Shown here: piece by piece, positions 54,264 to 63,512 of the stretch
Layout: each line of letters opens with the position of its first letter
Numbering within the stretch: position 1 is the stretch's first letter
Assembly (NCBI GenBank): GCA_902806315.1
Contig: CADCWD010000055.1
Location: 62,840-126,839, forward strand
Direction: 5' to 3'
Source: an uncultured Sphingosinicella sp.
GTDB taxonomy: Bacteria > Pseudomonadota > Alphaproteobacteria > Sphingomonadales > Sphingomonadaceae
Length of the DNA stretch: 64,000 nt
Notes under the pieces: model-generated
The model's database searches: none
Told to the model about the DNA's origin: nothing
Seen by the model: the letters and a program-made list of their open reading frames with translations, nothing else
Position numbers and translations under genes: made by a program

Positions 54264-54929
54264 TTAGGACCTCAGCAGCCGCGCCTTCAGTTCGGGAGCG
54301 GCGACGCGGGCGGCGGCGCGGGCGCGGTCTTCGGCGAGGAGGACGCGGGCGAGATCGGCCAGGAGGGCGGATGCGGACCGGCAGGCCTGGACCGAGCCCG
54401 CATGCCGGTGCCCGATCAGCGGCGTGGATGAAAGATCGAGCGCGACCGAGTCGATCAGCCGCTGCACATAGGCGATCTCTTCGCCGACGCGGGTGGGCAT
54501 GCGGTCCTCCAGATCGTCGGCCGGACGATCGGCGCTAAGCCAGGCGGGGAGCGCAACGGACGGGCGAGTGTCGGCGTCGTTATAGGCGGGCGCTGAAGAA
54601 GGCGGCGCGGAGGCGGCGCTTTGGAGCGAGCCTACCCAGTCTTCAATGATGATCGGGGTGTCGAATTTGACGCCGCAGCGGCCCGGCTTCGACCAAACGA
54701 TTTCGGCGCGAACGCTGTGGTTGTTGCGGAGGACCTCGACGGTGCTGCCCGCCGAAGGAACGACCTCGCCTTCGATCAAGGCTCCCGAGCGCGAGAGGTT
54801 GCGGATCCGGACGTCGATGGAGAAGCCCTGCGTGACGATGGTCGCCGCGAGCATCACTCGCGAGCGATGCTGGATGCTTCTCTTATCCTCTTCTACCGCA
54901 CTTATTCTCGTTTCCAGCATCCGCCCCAC
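54264..54929 (-). CDS. PilZ domain protein with an unassigned 89-aa C-terminal module
   Basis: ORF 54264..54929. PilZ signature RSIQHRSR...NLSRSG. The C-terminal 89 aa (nt 54267..54533) are paralogous to the 49082..49444 product. Confidence 0.8.
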   Translation of the reverse strand: MGRMLETRISAVEEDKRSIQHRSRVMLAATIVTQGFSIDVRIRNLSRSGALIEGEVVPSAGSTVEVLRNNHSVRAEIVWSKPGRCGVKFDTPIIIEDWVGSLQSAASAPPSSAPAYNDADTRPSVALPAWLSADRPADDLEDRMPTRVGEEIAYVQRLIDSVALDLSSTPLIGHRHAGSVQACRSASALLADLARVLLAEDRARAAARVAAPELKARLLRS

Positions 54930-55026
54930 GCCGTGCTCAAGCAGCCCAGCCCCCTGTCTGCGTGCCCTTCTTACGCCGGGAAGCTTAACGATTTTTGCTA
55001 AGGAGCAGGGCGGCGGATCCCGCCGA

Positions 55027-55194
55027 TCAGTGGACGCGGTTGCAGCTCAATTGCTTTGGGGCATGCGGTGCGGGCTGGGAAAGCAGGACGCGGCAGCGCT
55101 CAAGGAGCAGCCGTGCGCGGCTGAGCGCCGCTTCGGCTTCGGTGCGCGCCCGTTCCGCTTCCGCGCGCTTGTCGATGTCCAGATGAAAGCTCAT
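55027..55194 (-). CDS. possible 55-aa coiled-coil protein
   Basis: Part of ORF 55027..55287. ATG 55194 gives MSFHLDIDKRAEAERARTEAEAALSRARLLLER. The ribosome-binding site is weak, and coding status is uncertain. Confidence 0.3.
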   Translation of the reverse strand: MSFHLDIDKRAEAERARTEAEAALSRARLLLERCRVLLSQPAPHAPKQLSCNRVH

Positions 55195-55314
55195 TTCGTG
55201 CCTTGCCTGTCTGCTTGCCGACACAAAAGGCCAGGCGAGCCGTCGATCCACTCCGTTTGCGACAAACATCGCATGCGTAACGACCAAGGGCGAAGATGCG
55301 GCTTCGAGCCGTGC

Positions 55315-55710
55315 TCAGCGCTTGTTGCGCCGATCGGCGGCGGATCTCTGCCCGCCGGCACTATAGATTGCACCGTCGAGCCGATGGATCCTGCTCTGGA
55401 GCTCGGCCCGTTCCGCTTGCGAGAGCCCGTCGCGGGCGTAGCGGTAGCCGAGCCTGTCGATCAGCCGGGCGTCGCGCCTCAGCTGACGGGCTTCTCCGCG
55501 AGAGATGAGGCCGTTCTCCCGTGCCCGCGCGACCTTGTTCGCGAGCTTGTCCACCTCGCGGTCGATGCTGGGCGTGCTGGAGGGATGGACCGGAAAGGGC
55601 TGCCTGAGCGGTGTGGGCCAAGGGCTGGCGGTGCCGCCGCTGATGCGGGCCTCGGCGGGCGCGCTGGCGAAGAGGGCGAACGAAGCAGCAGCGAGCGCGA
55701 CCTTGTGCAT
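55315..55710 (-). CDS. hypothetical periplasmic Arg-rich helical protein
   Basis: ORF 55315..55710. Signal peptide MHKVALAAASFALFASAPAEA, preceded by gggagg. The repeated helical segments ISRGEARQLRRDA / LSQAERAELQSRI are faintly CpxP/Spy-like. Confidence 0.65.
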   Translation of the reverse strand: MHKVALAAASFALFASAPAEARISGGTASPWPTPLRQPFPVHPSSTPSIDREVDKLANKVARARENGLISRGEARQLRRDARLIDRLGYRYARDGLSQAERAELQSRIHRLDGAIYSAGGQRSAADRRNKR

Positions 55711-55782
55711 CCGGGGCCTCCCTAAGATGCCGCAATGCTAAGCGCGGAAAACATTACGGGAGCTGAACGAGCGCGGTCACGC

Positions 55783-55813
55783 AAAAAAGAAGCCCCGGCG
55801 AACCGAGGCTTCT
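55783..55813 (-). terminator. rho-independent terminator after the YeaQ/GlsB-like gene
   Basis: The minus strand reads agaagcctcggttcgccggggcttct followed by tttttt, about 28 nt after the TAA stop at 55841. Confidence 0.8.
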
Positions 55814-55840
55814 CTGAAGATAAAGAGGGTAGGGGCGCTG

Positions 55841-56110
55841 TTAGCGAGCCCGACCGCGACGGAAGAGGTTCACGATCGCGAGCAGGATGATCGCGCCGAG
55901 CAGCGCCACGAGCAAGGTGCGGATGTCGAGGCTGCCGCTCATGATGTTGCCGCCGCCGAGCAGGGGTCCGAGCAGGAAGCTGCCGAGCAGCGAACCGACG
56001 ATGCCGACGACGATATTGAGCAAGATGCCCTGCTGCGCATCGGTGCGCATGACGATGCTGGCGAGCCATCCGATAATACCGCCCACGACGAGTGCAATGA
56101 TCAGACCCAT
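55841..56110 (-). CDS. GlsB/YeaQ/YmgE family stress-response membrane protein
   Basis: C-terminal part of track ORF 55841..56377. ATG 56110 is preceded by aggaga. MGLIIALVVGGIIGWLASIVMRTDAQQGILLNIVVGIVGSLLG is typical of transglycosylase-associated proteins. Confidence 0.9.
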   Translation of the reverse strand: MGLIIALVVGGIIGWLASIVMRTDAQQGILLNIVVGIVGSLLGSFLLGPLLGGGNIMSGSLDIRTLLVALLGAIILLAIVNLFRRGRAR

Positions 56111-56170
56111 GGCGTTTCTCCTGTTTACTCCGGCAACCGCAAACGGTTTCGGCTGCGGTTCGATCGGAAA

Positions 56171-56195
56171 GACGCTCAAAACGGAAGGTTGTTCC
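56171..56195 (-). promoter_or_regulatory. near-consensus EcfG-type promoter, GGAAC-N16-CGTC
   Basis: The minus strand has GGAAC at 56195..56191, a 16-nt spacer, and CGTC at 56174..56171, about 60 nt upstream of ATG 56110. The -10 element has one mismatch. Confidence 0.35.
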
Positions 56196-56249
56196 TGATC
56201 TTGCGACGAGGAGTGCAGAATAGCTCGATTGTTAGGGTGCCGAAACGCC

Positions 56250-56720
56250 CTACATGCGGCTGTAGGCGAACTGCATCTTGCGCTGCGGAGGCGGCATGTC
56301 GCAGCTCTTGAAGTAGAGATGCGAGATGAAAAAGAGCAGGCTGATCGTGTGGAACAGGTCGTCCAGGCCCTCGCCATAATAGAGGCTCAAGGGGACGATC
56401 CCGACCAGGATGTGGCGGAAGATCGATTCCCGCATGCGCGCGGTCTGGCGGCCGAGCGAAGAGGAGGCCTGGCGGTAAGCGGCCTTGCGGATCAGATCCA
56501 TGACCACCAGCCATACGAAGGCGGCAATGAGATCGGCGAAGATCGCGTCGCCCATGCCCTTGGACGCGATCGTCAGCGCGACGCCGGCTAGGTAGAAGGC
56601 GACGGTGCCGTTCAGGCACTCGATCGCAAGCCGCCACTGGTCGACACCGAAGCGGGCATTCACCCAGCCGGTGACCGGCGTGTAGACTTTCTCGATGATG
56701 GCGGTGTCGAACGGCGTCAT
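56250..56720 (-). CDS. hypothetical inner-membrane protein
   Basis: C-terminal 156 codons of track ORF 56250..57128. ATG 56720 gives MTPFDTAII. It has four hydrophobic segments, and I recognise no family. Confidence 0.6.
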   Translation of the reverse strand: MTPFDTAIIEKVYTPVTGWVNARFGVDQWRLAIECLNGTVAFYLAGVALTIASKGMGDAIFADLIAAFVWLVVMDLIRKAAYRQASSSLGRQTARMRESIFRHILVGIVPLSLYYGEGLDDLFHTISLLFFISHLYFKSCDMPPPQRKMQFAYSRM

Positions 56721-56812
56721 GGCGCGAGCATTAAGGTCCAGCAGCGATTGCGAAAAAGTGAAAATGTTCCCCCACCCGCAAAATAATAGCAGCTGTGGCA
56801 GAGTTGCAGCGG

Positions 56813-58186
56813 CTAGAAGCTCATTTCGTCGTAAATATGGCTGACGTCGCCTTGCCACTGGCCATGAAAGCGCTCGAGCAGCAGTTCGGCCGGCGTTGAC
56901 CCGCGGGCAACGATGTCGCGCAGCGTGTCGAGGAAGCCGCTTTCGGTATCGCCGGCGAAGTTGTGCGCGGCGCGGGCGTTGAGGCCGCTTTCGGCGATGC
57001 CGAGGACCCGCTGGCCGAGCTGCTGCAGGGTCTCGCCTCCCGGGATGGTGGCCTTGAGGCCGAGCTTCGGCACCGCGTCGCGAAGCTGCTGGCGCTCCGC
57101 CAGAGTCCAGTGCTTCACCTCGTCCCATGCGGCGTCGAGCGCGCCCTGATCGTAGAGCAGGCCGACCCAGAGGGCGGGAAGGGCGCAGATCCGGCTCCAG
57201 CGGCCGCCATCGGCGCCGCGCATTTCTAGGAAGCTCTTGAGCCGAACCTCAGGGAAAGCGGTGGAGAGGTGATCGATCCAGTCGGAACGAAGCGGCTTCT
57301 CGCCCGGGAGCGCTGGGAGGCGGCCGTCCAGGAAGTCGCGGAAGGACATGCCGGCCGCGTCGATATATTTGCCGTCGCGGAAGACGAAATACATCGGCAC
57401 GTCGAGGGCGTAATCGATGTAGCGGTCGTAGCCGAACCCGTCCTCAAACACGAAGGGCAGCATGCCGGTGCGGGCGGGATCGGTGTCGGACCAGATGTGA
57501 CTGCGGAATGAAAGGAAGCCGTTGGGCTTGCCTTCCGTGAAGGGGGAGCTTGCGAAAAGGGCCGTCGCGAGCGGCTGAAGGGCGAGGCCGACGCGGAATT
57601 TCTGCGCCATGTCGGCTTCGGAGGAATAATCGAGGTTCACCTGGATCGTGCAGGTGCGCAGCATCATGTCGAGGCCGAGCGTGCCGACGCGCGGCATGTG
57701 GCGAAGCATGATCTCGTAGCGGCCCTTGGGCATGACCGGCAGGTCTTCGCGCCGTTTGTCGGGCCACATGCCGAGGCCGAGGAAGCCGAGGCCGAGCCGG
57801 TCGCCGACCGCCTTCACCTGTTCGAGATGCCGCCCCGCTTCCGCGCAGGTCTGGTGGAGGTCGACGAGCGGCGCGCCGGAAAGTTCGAGCTGGCCTGCGG
57901 GTTCGAGACTGACGTTCCCATCGGGTCCGGCGAGCGCGATGACATTCCCGTTCTCGACCACCGGCGCCCAACCATATTCGGTGAGGCCCATCAGGAGATC
58001 GCGGATGCCGCCGGGTTCGTCGTAGCTGGGCGCCCGGTGATCATCGAGGCGGTAGACGAACTTCTCGTGCTCGGTGCCGATCCGCCAGCGTTCCTTCGGT
58101 TTCTCGCCCTTCGCAAATGGGGCGAGCAGGTCGTCCCGCGTTTCGATGAGGGGATCGAACCGGGCAGTGGCGGTGCGGGTCGTCAT
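56813..58186 (-). CDS. gshA: glutamate--cysteine ligase, plant/alphaproteobacterial type
   Basis: ORF 56813..58186. RIGTEHEKF and the overall GCS2-family pattern (457 aa). Confidence 0.9.
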   Translation of the reverse strand: MTTRTATARFDPLIETRDDLLAPFAKGEKPKERWRIGTEHEKFVYRLDDHRAPSYDEPGGIRDLLMGLTEYGWAPVVENGNVIALAGPDGNVSLEPAGQLELSGAPLVDLHQTCAEAGRHLEQVKAVGDRLGLGFLGLGMWPDKRREDLPVMPKGRYEIMLRHMPRVGTLGLDMMLRTCTIQVNLDYSSEADMAQKFRVGLALQPLATALFASSPFTEGKPNGFLSFRSHIWSDTDPARTGMLPFVFEDGFGYDRYIDYALDVPMYFVFRDGKYIDAAGMSFRDFLDGRLPALPGEKPLRSDWIDHLSTAFPEVRLKSFLEMRGADGGRWSRICALPALWVGLLYDQGALDAAWDEVKHWTLAERQQLRDAVPKLGLKATIPGGETLQQLGQRVLGIAESGLNARAAHNFAGDTESGFLDTLRDIVARGSTPAELLLERFHGQWQGDVSHIYDEMSF

Positions 58187-58237
58187 TGGCCGCCCCTTAG
58201 CCGCGCGCTCCTCGGGATGCCACTCGGTTTCACAGCG

Positions 58238-58993
58238 CTACCGAGCGGCATGCCGCCCCCAGTCGCCGGCCGCCGCCATCCAGAGCGCCATCGCCGCCAC
58301 GGCGGCGGTATCTGCGCGCAGGATGCGTGGTCCCAGCGAAACCGGTCTGGCCTGCGGGAGCGCGCGAATGGCGGAACGCTCCTCGTCCGTGAAGCCGCCT
58401 TCCGGACCGATGAGGATCGCGCCAGGGCCGGGCGCGGCCGCTCGGGCCAGCGGCTCACCGCCGGCTTCGTCCGCGAAGAAGAGGGTGCGCTCTGCGGGCC
58501 AGGATCCGAGGAGCGCATCCAGTTTCTGGGCGGGGGCAAGCTCGGGCAAGGCAGTGCGGTCGCATTGCTCCGCCGCCTCGATCGCATGGGCGAAAAGCCG
58601 CTCGTCCTTGACGCGATCGACGATGGTTCTGCGGGTGATGACGGGGACAAGCCGGGCGGCACCCAGTTCGGTCGCCTTTTCGATCAGCCAGTCGATTCGG
58701 CCGCGCTTGATGGGAGCGAACAGGAGCCAGAGGTCCGGCACGGGTTCGCGGGGGCGAAGATGCCGGACGATCCCCAGCACGACCCGCTTCTTGCCGGCGT
58801 CGCTGATCTCGGCGAGCCACTCGCCGGTGCGATTGTCGAACAGCTTCACCTGAGCTCCCGATCGGAGGCGGAGGACAGCGCCGAGATAATTGGCCTGCGG
58901 TCCTTCGAGCATCAGGTTGAGCCTTTCGGACAGCGTCTCCTCGACGTAGAGGCGAGGGAGGCTGGCGGGCGGCCAGGTGGGAGTGGCAGGCAT
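58238..58993 (-). CDS. rsmE: 16S rRNA (uracil1498-N3)-methyltransferase
   Basis: ORF 58238..58993. LPRLYV at the N-terminus and ILIGPEGGFTDEE near the C-terminus. Confidence 0.88.
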   Translation of the reverse strand: MPATPTWPPASLPRLYVEETLSERLNLMLEGPQANYLGAVLRLRSGAQVKLFDNRTGEWLAEISDAGKKRVVLGIVRHLRPREPVPDLWLLFAPIKRGRIDWLIEKATELGAARLVPVITRRTIVDRVKDERLFAHAIEAAEQCDRTALPELAPAQKLDALLGSWPAERTLFFADEAGGEPLARAAAPGPGAILIGPEGGFTDEERSAIRALPQARPVSLGPRILRADTAAVAAMALWMAAAGDWGRHAAR

Positions 58994-59032
58994 GAAGCGG
59001 GCCTATCCGGTCAGGCGGCGGCGAGTCGAGCC

Positions 59033-59881
59033 TCAGAGCTGGAGGAAGAAGGGGTCGACGTTGCGATCCACCTTGCGGGCGAACCATGCGTCGGAGGCAA
59101 GGATCGCCGCTTCGTCGCCCGCGCGCAGCAGCTCGGGATTGCTGCTTCCGGCCTGCCAACGGATGAAGCGCCGGTTCTCCTGCAGGCGCTCGGCGAACGG
59201 CGAATAGTAAAGCACCGTGTGCATGATGTGCTCGTCGCTGCACAAAGTGTGGCGCAGCCTGCCGGTGTCGACCAGTTCCTGGATTCGTGGGGCGACATAA
59301 TCGACCGCCGCCTTGGGCAGCGACCACCAGGCCGAGCCCTTCTTCCAGGAGGGGCCGAACGGACAGGTGCGGGCGCCCACCGCTTTCGTCCAAAGCCGCG
59401 CGACGCGCCGCACGGCCATGTCCTTACGCCAGTCCCACGATGTCTTGTGCGGGCCGAGCATGCCGTCATGGAAATGATAATCGTCCATCCGCTCGGTCAT
59501 GTCAGGCGACTCGAAGGTGAGGTAGCAGGCGCCCGGATCGAGCGTCTTCACCATCTCGGCCTTGCCGCGTGCGGGCCAATCCTGCCCGCTGATGATATGG
59601 GCGTAGTCATATTCGAAGGCAGCCGCGCCCTGCTTCAGCAGCAGCTCGGCCTGAGCCTGGCTGTGGTGGCCCCAAAGGCAGCGAACCCGGGGCGTCACCG
59701 TCACCGCGCCGCCGAAGCGGGCGGCGAAGCTTTCCAGCTCGGCATCCGGAACCGGGCTGCCGCGGTCGTAGTGGAGGAGGACACGGTCGTTCGGATCGTC
59801 CCGTAGGAGCCGCGTGATGAGGGCATGGAGCTGCTCCATGTCCTTGTGGGCGAGAATCAGATAGGCAAAGCGCATGGCCAT
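59033..59881 (-). CDS. GT14 (core-2/I-branching type) glycosyltransferase-like protein
   Basis: ORF 59033..59881. MRFAYLILAHKDMEQLHALITRL and later WWSL motifs resemble bacterial GT14 proteins. Confidence 0.7.
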   Translation of the reverse strand: MAMRFAYLILAHKDMEQLHALITRLLRDDPNDRVLLHYDRGSPVPDAELESFAARFGGAVTVTPRVRCLWGHHSQAQAELLLKQGAAAFEYDYAHIISGQDWPARGKAEMVKTLDPGACYLTFESPDMTERMDDYHFHDGMLGPHKTSWDWRKDMAVRRVARLWTKAVGARTCPFGPSWKKGSAWWSLPKAAVDYVAPRIQELVDTGRLRHTLCSDEHIMHTVLYYSPFAERLQENRRFIRWQAGSSNPELLRAGDEAAILASDAWFARKVDRNVDPFFLQL

Positions 59882-59945
59882 GCCTTTGCCGGTAAAAGGT
59901 TGCGATCAGACTTAAAACACAGGCGCTTGCGGCGGCTCCCTCGAC

Positions 59946-60896
59946 TTGAAGCGGTGGCGGCTGCAAGGGACATGGGTGGCGTCCTCGGCTCCAGACAGCG
60001 ACATCGTTCCCGATAGCGAGCGGCGGGGGCTGATCGGCGCCTTGCCGCCGGGGGCGCGGCCCTATGCATCGCTAATGCGGCTCGACCGGCCGATCGGGGT
60101 GTGGCTGCTCTTCTGGCCCTGCGCATGGAGCGTCGCGCTTGCGGGCCTCGGGCAGAACGGCATCGCGCTCATACTCTGGTTCGGGCTCGGTGCCTTTGCG
60201 ATGCGGAGCGCGGGCTGCGTCTATAACGACATCATCGATCGTGACCTCGACCGGAAGGTGGAGCGCACGCGGCTGAGGCCGCTCGCCAGCAACCGCGCCT
60301 CGCTGCAGGGCGCGTGGGTGCTGCTGATTGGGCTGAGCCTCGTCGGGCTGGTCGTCCTGCTCCAGCTCGAACGAACGGCGCAGATCGTGGCGCTTGGCAG
60401 CCTGGCGCCGGTCGCCGCCTATCCCTTCATGAAGCGGATCACCTGGTGGCCGCAGGCGTGGCTCGGGATCGTCTTCTCATGGGGCTCGCTGGTCGGGTGG
60501 CCGGCGGTGACGGCCGAGATGGAGCTTGCGCCCGTGCTGCTGTGGCTCGGCTCCATTGCCTGGGTGATCGGCTACGACACGATCTACGCTCTGCAGGACC
60601 GGGAGGATGACGCGCTCGTCGGGGTCAAGTCCTCGGCACTGGCGCTGGGAGCGAATGTCAGGGCGGGGGTGCTCCTCTTCTACCTCGTCGCGCTCGCGCT
60701 TTGGGCGGCGGCGATCTGGCGGGGCAGGGCCGATCTGCTTGCTCTGGCGGGTTTGCTGCCGATGGCGCTGCACCTTTTATGGCAGGTGGCGACGCTGAAG
60801 CTGGACGATGGCGGCGACGCGCTCGCCAAGTTCCGATCCAATCGTTTCGCGGGGCTGCTGATGTTCCTCGCCTGCCTGGTGGTGGGCGCCAGCTAG
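59946..60896 (+). CDS. ubiA: 4-hydroxybenzoate polyprenyltransferase
   Basis: ORF 59946..60896; the TTG start is uncertain. NDIIDRDLDRKVERTRLRPL and YDTIYALQDREDD are UbiA Asp-rich motifs. Confidence 0.9.
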   Translation: MKRWRLQGTWVASSAPDSDIVPDSERRGLIGALPPGARPYASLMRLDRPIGVWLLFWPCAWSVALAGLGQNGIALILWFGLGAFAMRSAGCVYNDIIDRDLDRKVERTRLRPLASNRASLQGAWVLLIGLSLVGLVVLLQLERTAQIVALGSLAPVAAYPFMKRITWWPQAWLGIVFSWGSLVGWPAVTAEMELAPVLLWLGSIAWVIGYDTIYALQDREDDALVGVKSSALALGANVRAGVLLFYLVALALWAAAIWRGRADLLALAGLLPMALHLLWQVATLKLDDGGDALAKFRSNRFAGLLMFLACLVVGAS

Positions 60897-60935
60897 GTCT
60901 TTGCTTTTGGTGCCGCCGCGCTTAAGCGCCGGGCG

Positions 60936-62282
60936 ATGTTGAGTGTCAGCGCAGCCGAGGCGAAGGTCGCCTCACTCATCGAAATGGCGAAGAAGGCAGG
61001 CGCGGACGCGGCCGACGCGCTTTATGTCGGCGATGCGTCGACGGGCATCCAGGTGCGCCTCGGCGCGCTCGAGGATGTCGAGCGTTCGGAGGGCGAGGAG
61101 ATTGGCCTCCGCCTTTTCGTCGGCTCACGCTCGGCGAGCGTCGCATCTTCCGATCTCTCCCACGAAGCGCTGGCGGCGCTGGTCGAGCGAGCCGCGGCGA
61201 TGGCGCGCGAGGCGCCCGAAGATCCTTACGCCGGACTTGCGCCCGAGGAGCTGCTGCTTCGCGACGGCGGCGTCGACGTCGAGGGCGACGACGGGGCGGA
61301 TCCCGCACCCACGGAGCTGAAGCAGCGGGCGCTTGCCACCGAGGATGCGGCGCGCTCGGTCGCCGGCGTCACCAACAGCGAAGGCGCGGGCGTCAGCGCC
61401 GGGCGGTCCGTGACGGCGCTCGCGACCAGCGCCGGCTTCTGCCGCGGCTACACGACCAGCGGCTATTCGGGCTCGGCGAGCGTGATCGCGGGATCGGGCA
61501 GCGAGATGCAGCGCGATTATGCGAGCCACAGCGTTCGCCATTATGCCGAGCTCGACGATCCTGAGACGACCGGGAGGCTCGCGGCTGAGCGTGCGGTTGC
61601 GCGGCTCAACCCGGCCAAGCTTTCCAGCGGCGCGATGCCGGTTGTGTTCGATCCCCGCGTCGGCTCCAGCCTCATCGGCCATCTGATCTCCGCGATCACC
61701 GGCTCCGCCATCACCCGCAAGACCAGCTTCCTGCTTGGCAAGGAAGGCGAGGCGGTGTTCGCGCCGGGCATCACGATCCGCGACGATCCCCACAAGCGCC
61801 GGGGCCTGCGCTCCAAGCCGTTCGACGGGGAGGGGCTCGCGACGCGCCCGGGCAACCTGATCGAGGACGGGCGGCTGACCGGGTGGCTGCTCGACAGCGC
61901 TTCGGCGCGCCAGCTCGGGCGGCAGCCGACGGGCCATGCCAGCCGCGGCATCGGCGGGGCGCCGGGGGCGGGGGCGACCAACGTCGATCTGTTGCCGGGC
62001 AAGGTCAGCAGGGCCGAGCTGATGGGGGACATCAAGCGCGGCCTCTATGTGACTGAGCTGATTGGGCAGGGCGTCAATCCTGTCACCGGCGACTATAGCC
62101 GGGGCGCGTCTGGCTTCATCATCGAGGATGGCGAGATCGCGGCGCCGGTGGCGGAGATCACGATCGCTGGAAACCTTGTGGATATGTTTCGCATGCTAAT
62201 CGCGGCGGACGATCTGGAGCATCGCCGGGCGGTCAATGTTCCGACGCTGCGTATCGAGGGAATGACTGTCGCTGGTGCTTGA
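60936..62282 (+). CDS. pmbA: TldD/PmbA family metallopeptidase
   Basis: ORF 60936..62282. GIQVRLGALEDVERSEGEEIGLRLFVG and the C-terminal GDYSRGASGFIIEDGEI pattern. Confidence 0.85.
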   Translation: MLSVSAAEAKVASLIEMAKKAGADAADALYVGDASTGIQVRLGALEDVERSEGEEIGLRLFVGSRSASVASSDLSHEALAALVERAAAMAREAPEDPYAGLAPEELLLRDGGVDVEGDDGADPAPTELKQRALATEDAARSVAGVTNSEGAGVSAGRSVTALATSAGFCRGYTTSGYSGSASVIAGSGSEMQRDYASHSVRHYAELDDPETTGRLAAERAVARLNPAKLSSGAMPVVFDPRVGSSLIGHLISAITGSAITRKTSFLLGKEGEAVFAPGITIRDDPHKRRGLRSKPFDGEGLATRPGNLIEDGRLTGWLLDSASARQLGRQPTGHASRGIGGAPGAGATNVDLLPGKVSRAELMGDIKRGLYVTELIGQGVNPVTGDYSRGASGFIIEDGEIAAPVAEITIAGNLVDMFRMLIAADDLEHRRAVNVPTLRIEGMTVAGA

Positions 62283-63036
62283 GGACGTATCGAGGATCGC
62301 CGCCGAAGCCGGGAAGATCGCACGGGCGAAGCAGGGCGGCGAGTTTAAGCGCTGGGAGAAGGTGCCGGGCCATCCGGTGTGCGAAGTCGACCTGGAGGTC
62401 GACGCCTATCTGCGCGAGCATCTCGGGCGACTCGATCCGCATGCCGGCTGGCTGTCCGAAGAGACGGTCGACGATTCCGACCGAATCGAGCGGCGGCGCG
62501 TGTGGGTGGTCGATCCGATCGACGGCACCCGCGACTATCTGCGGGGACGGAGCGGCTGGTGCGTTTCGGTCGCGCTTGTCGAGGACCGCGTTCCCATTCT
62601 CGGGGTTCTCGATGCACCGGCGCGCGGCGAACATTGGAGTGCTGAGCGGGGCGCGGGTGCGTGGCGCAATGGCGAGCGCCTGCGGGTCAGCGAGCGCACC
62701 GAATTTGCGGGCGCGCGGGTGCCTACGGATCATTTGCCGAGCCTCGACCACGATCTGGTTGCGATCGAGAAGCCCAATTCGATTGCATTGAGGATCACGC
62801 TGGTGGCTGCAGGGGAGGCGGACCTGGTCGCCACGCTGCGCTGGGGCCATGAATGGGACATCGCCGCCGCAGCGTTGATCGCGAGCGAAGCGGGCGCGAC
62901 CGTGGCCGGGGCGCTCGGCCAGCCGCTGGCGTTCAACACGGCATCGGCGGAGGCCTTCGGAGTGCTCATCTCCACGCCCGGGATCCACGACGCGGCCGCC
63001 GAGCGGCTGCGCGAGCGGGCGCTCGCCGTCGTCTGA
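62275..63036 (+). CDS. inositol monophosphatase / 3'(2'),5'-bisphosphate nucleotidase family
   Basis: ORF 62275..63036 with a GTG start and an 8-nt overlap with pmbA. WVVDPIDGTRDY and WDIAAAALI motifs. Confidence 0.85.
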   Translation: MLEDVSRIAAEAGKIARAKQGGEFKRWEKVPGHPVCEVDLEVDAYLREHLGRLDPHAGWLSEETVDDSDRIERRRVWVVDPIDGTRDYLRGRSGWCVSVALVEDRVPILGVLDAPARGEHWSAERGAGAWRNGERLRVSERTEFAGARVPTDHLPSLDHDLVAIEKPNSIALRITLVAAGEADLVATLRWGHEWDIAAAALIASEAGATVAGALGQPLAFNTASAEAFGVLISTPGIHDAAAERLRERALAVV

Positions 63037-63040
63037 CGTT

Positions 63041-63469
63041 CTAGACTATCCTGGGATTGCCGAGCCGGGGGATGTCGATCTTCGGGCAGCGGTCCATCAC
63101 CACCTTCAGCCCTGCCGCTTCGGCGCGAGCTGCGGCTTCGTGGTTGACCACTCCGATCTGCAGCCAGACCGACTTGGCCCCGGCGGCGATCGCTTCGTCC
63201 ACGGCTTCTCCGGCCGCTATCGGCCGGCGGAAGATGTCGACCATATCGATCGACTCGCCGATCTGGGAAAGCTCGCGCCAGACATATTCGCCGTGAACAT
63301 GCTCGCCGGTGATCTGCGGGTTGACCGGGAACACGCGGTAGCCGTGATTCTGGAGGAACTTCATCACGCCGTAGCTCGGCCGGTCGGGCCGGTCGGACGC
63401 GCCGACGAGCGCGATGGTGCGCGTGGTGCGGAGCAGATCGGCAATGTCCTGGTCGGAAGTCAGGGGCAT
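63041..63469 (-). CDS. CoA-binding protein (YccU-like)
   Basis: ORF 63041..63487. I prefer ATG 63469 (MPLTSDQD). IALVGASDRPDRPSYGVMKFL and VFPVNP. Confidence 0.85.
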   Translation of the reverse strand: MPLTSDQDIADLLRTTRTIALVGASDRPDRPSYGVMKFLQNHGYRVFPVNPQITGEHVHGEYVWRELSQIGESIDMVDIFRRPIAAGEAVDEAIAAGAKSVWLQIGVVNHEAAARAEAAGLKVVMDRCPKIDIPRLGNPRIV

Positions 63470-63512
63470 GTCATTCCTTCTCTTCATCCCAATTTCGCGG
63501 GAATGGCGAAAA

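Noticed and set aside
47775-56800. Genomic island integrated at tRNA-Tyr or tRNA-Gly. Many hypothetical, secreted and stress-type genes lie downstream of the tRNAs.
   Set aside because: There is no integrase, recombinase or mobility gene. I found no direct repeat of either tRNA 3' end; the best match is a 9-nt tcgattccc near 56424, which is compatible with chance. Coding-region G+C looks like the rest of the window.
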